Source of the DNA: an uncultured Pseudomonadota bacterium
Lineage (GTDB): Bacteria > Pseudomonadota > Alphaproteobacteria > RF32 > CAG-239
Assembly (NCBI GenBank): GCA_949295085.1
Contig: CASFJS010000001.1
Coordinates: 9,121 to 73,120 of the forward strand
Direction: 5' to 3'
DNA: 64,000 nucleotides
Positions 63,809 through 64,000 of this stretch are shown here, one piece after another. The notes beneath the pieces are model-generated. The model did not search any database and was not told where the DNA came from. It saw only the letters and a list, made by a program, of their open reading frames with translations. How positions within the stretch are numbered: position 1 is the stretch's first letter; the number at the start of each line of letters is the position of its first letter. A program made the translations under genes and the position numbers.

Positions 63809-64000
63809 ATGGAACTCAAAGGTTCAAAAACCGAAAAAAACTTAATGGAAGCCTTTGCCGGCGAATCACAAGCCCGCAACAAATACACCTACTATGCTTC
63901 CAAGGCCAAAAAAGAAGGCTACAACATCATTGCCGACAAATTTGAGCAAACCGCCAACAACGAAAAAGAGCACGCCAAAATCTGGTTCAAGTTGTTGCAC
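63809..64000 (+). CDS. rbr: rubrerythrin (N-terminal 64 codons; continues past the right edge)
   Basis: Not in the ORF track. An AAGGAGAAAA RBS precedes the ATG at 63809. The ORF reads MELKGSKTEKNLMEAFAGESQARNKYTYYASKAKKEGY...NNEKEHAKIWFKLLH, the ferritin-like di-iron E...ExxH pattern. Confidence 0.9.
   Translation, partial: MELKGSKTEKNLMEAFAGESQARNKYTYYASKAKKEGYNIIADKFEQTANNEKEHAKIWFKLLH

Noticed and set aside
1-64000. CRISPR arrays, rRNA genes, IS elements, transposases, integrases, reverse transcriptases, and toxin-antitoxin or restriction-modification pairs
   Set aside because: I looked for regularly spaced direct repeats, rRNA-like conserved blocks and the characteristic catalytic motifs in all listed ORFs. 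None were found.

Overview
This is a gene-dense 64-kb chromosomal window with about 60 CDS and one tRNA. I saw no rRNA, CRISPR array, transposase or integrase. Local synteny looks Alphaproteobacteria-like: divergent recG/mfd, dusB-trkA-hfq-hflX, parC-recO, yejEF, and kdsA (implying an LPS-bearing Gram-negative). The physiology is that of a strict anaerobe: apbE-rseC-rnfBCDGEA, a flavodiiron protein, a PerR-type Fur regulator with a textbook operator, and rubrerythrin. An uncultured host-associated lineage is a plausible source, but that is inference only. Main blocks, left to right: (1) recG<>mfd. (2) An AT-rich gap holding three tandem orphan small-gene cassettes that share one promoter/UTR/terminator scaffold. 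(3) A 12.2-kb minus-strand operon with all four ACC subunits, fabZ/I/H/F/D/G, an extra NMO/FabK-like reductase, a GltD-like Fe-S flavoprotein and an OmpA-type lipoprotein, but no acpP. (4) A membrane-anchored GH24 lysozyme-domain protein. (5) A CDP-alcohol transferase coupled to DsbD. (6) The Rnf complex. (7) Single housekeeping genes (UDG, OMP, MATE, Sir2, QueH, Pip, GNAT). (8) A lower-GC block where an incomplete Yej-type ABC system shares an operon with a 955-aa membrane protein. (9) rpsD and a TPR-methyltransferase. (10) A small orphan islet ending at tRNA-Pro(UGG), with duplicated tRNA fragments. (11) A 1,392-aa membrane-anchored coiled-coil giant followed by dusB-trkA-hfq-hflX. (12) parC, recO, kdsA and oxidative-stress genes. 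Two edge genes (recG on the left, rubrerythrin on the right) are missing from the supplied ORF track, and I read them directly from the sequence. Many track ORFs begin at TTG/GTG upstream of the likely real start. I trimmed those where a family-typical N-terminus with an ATG (or, for rnfC, an RBS-backed GTG) was visible, noting an RBS where I checked for one. All functional calls rest on motif recognition by eye. No database search was run.
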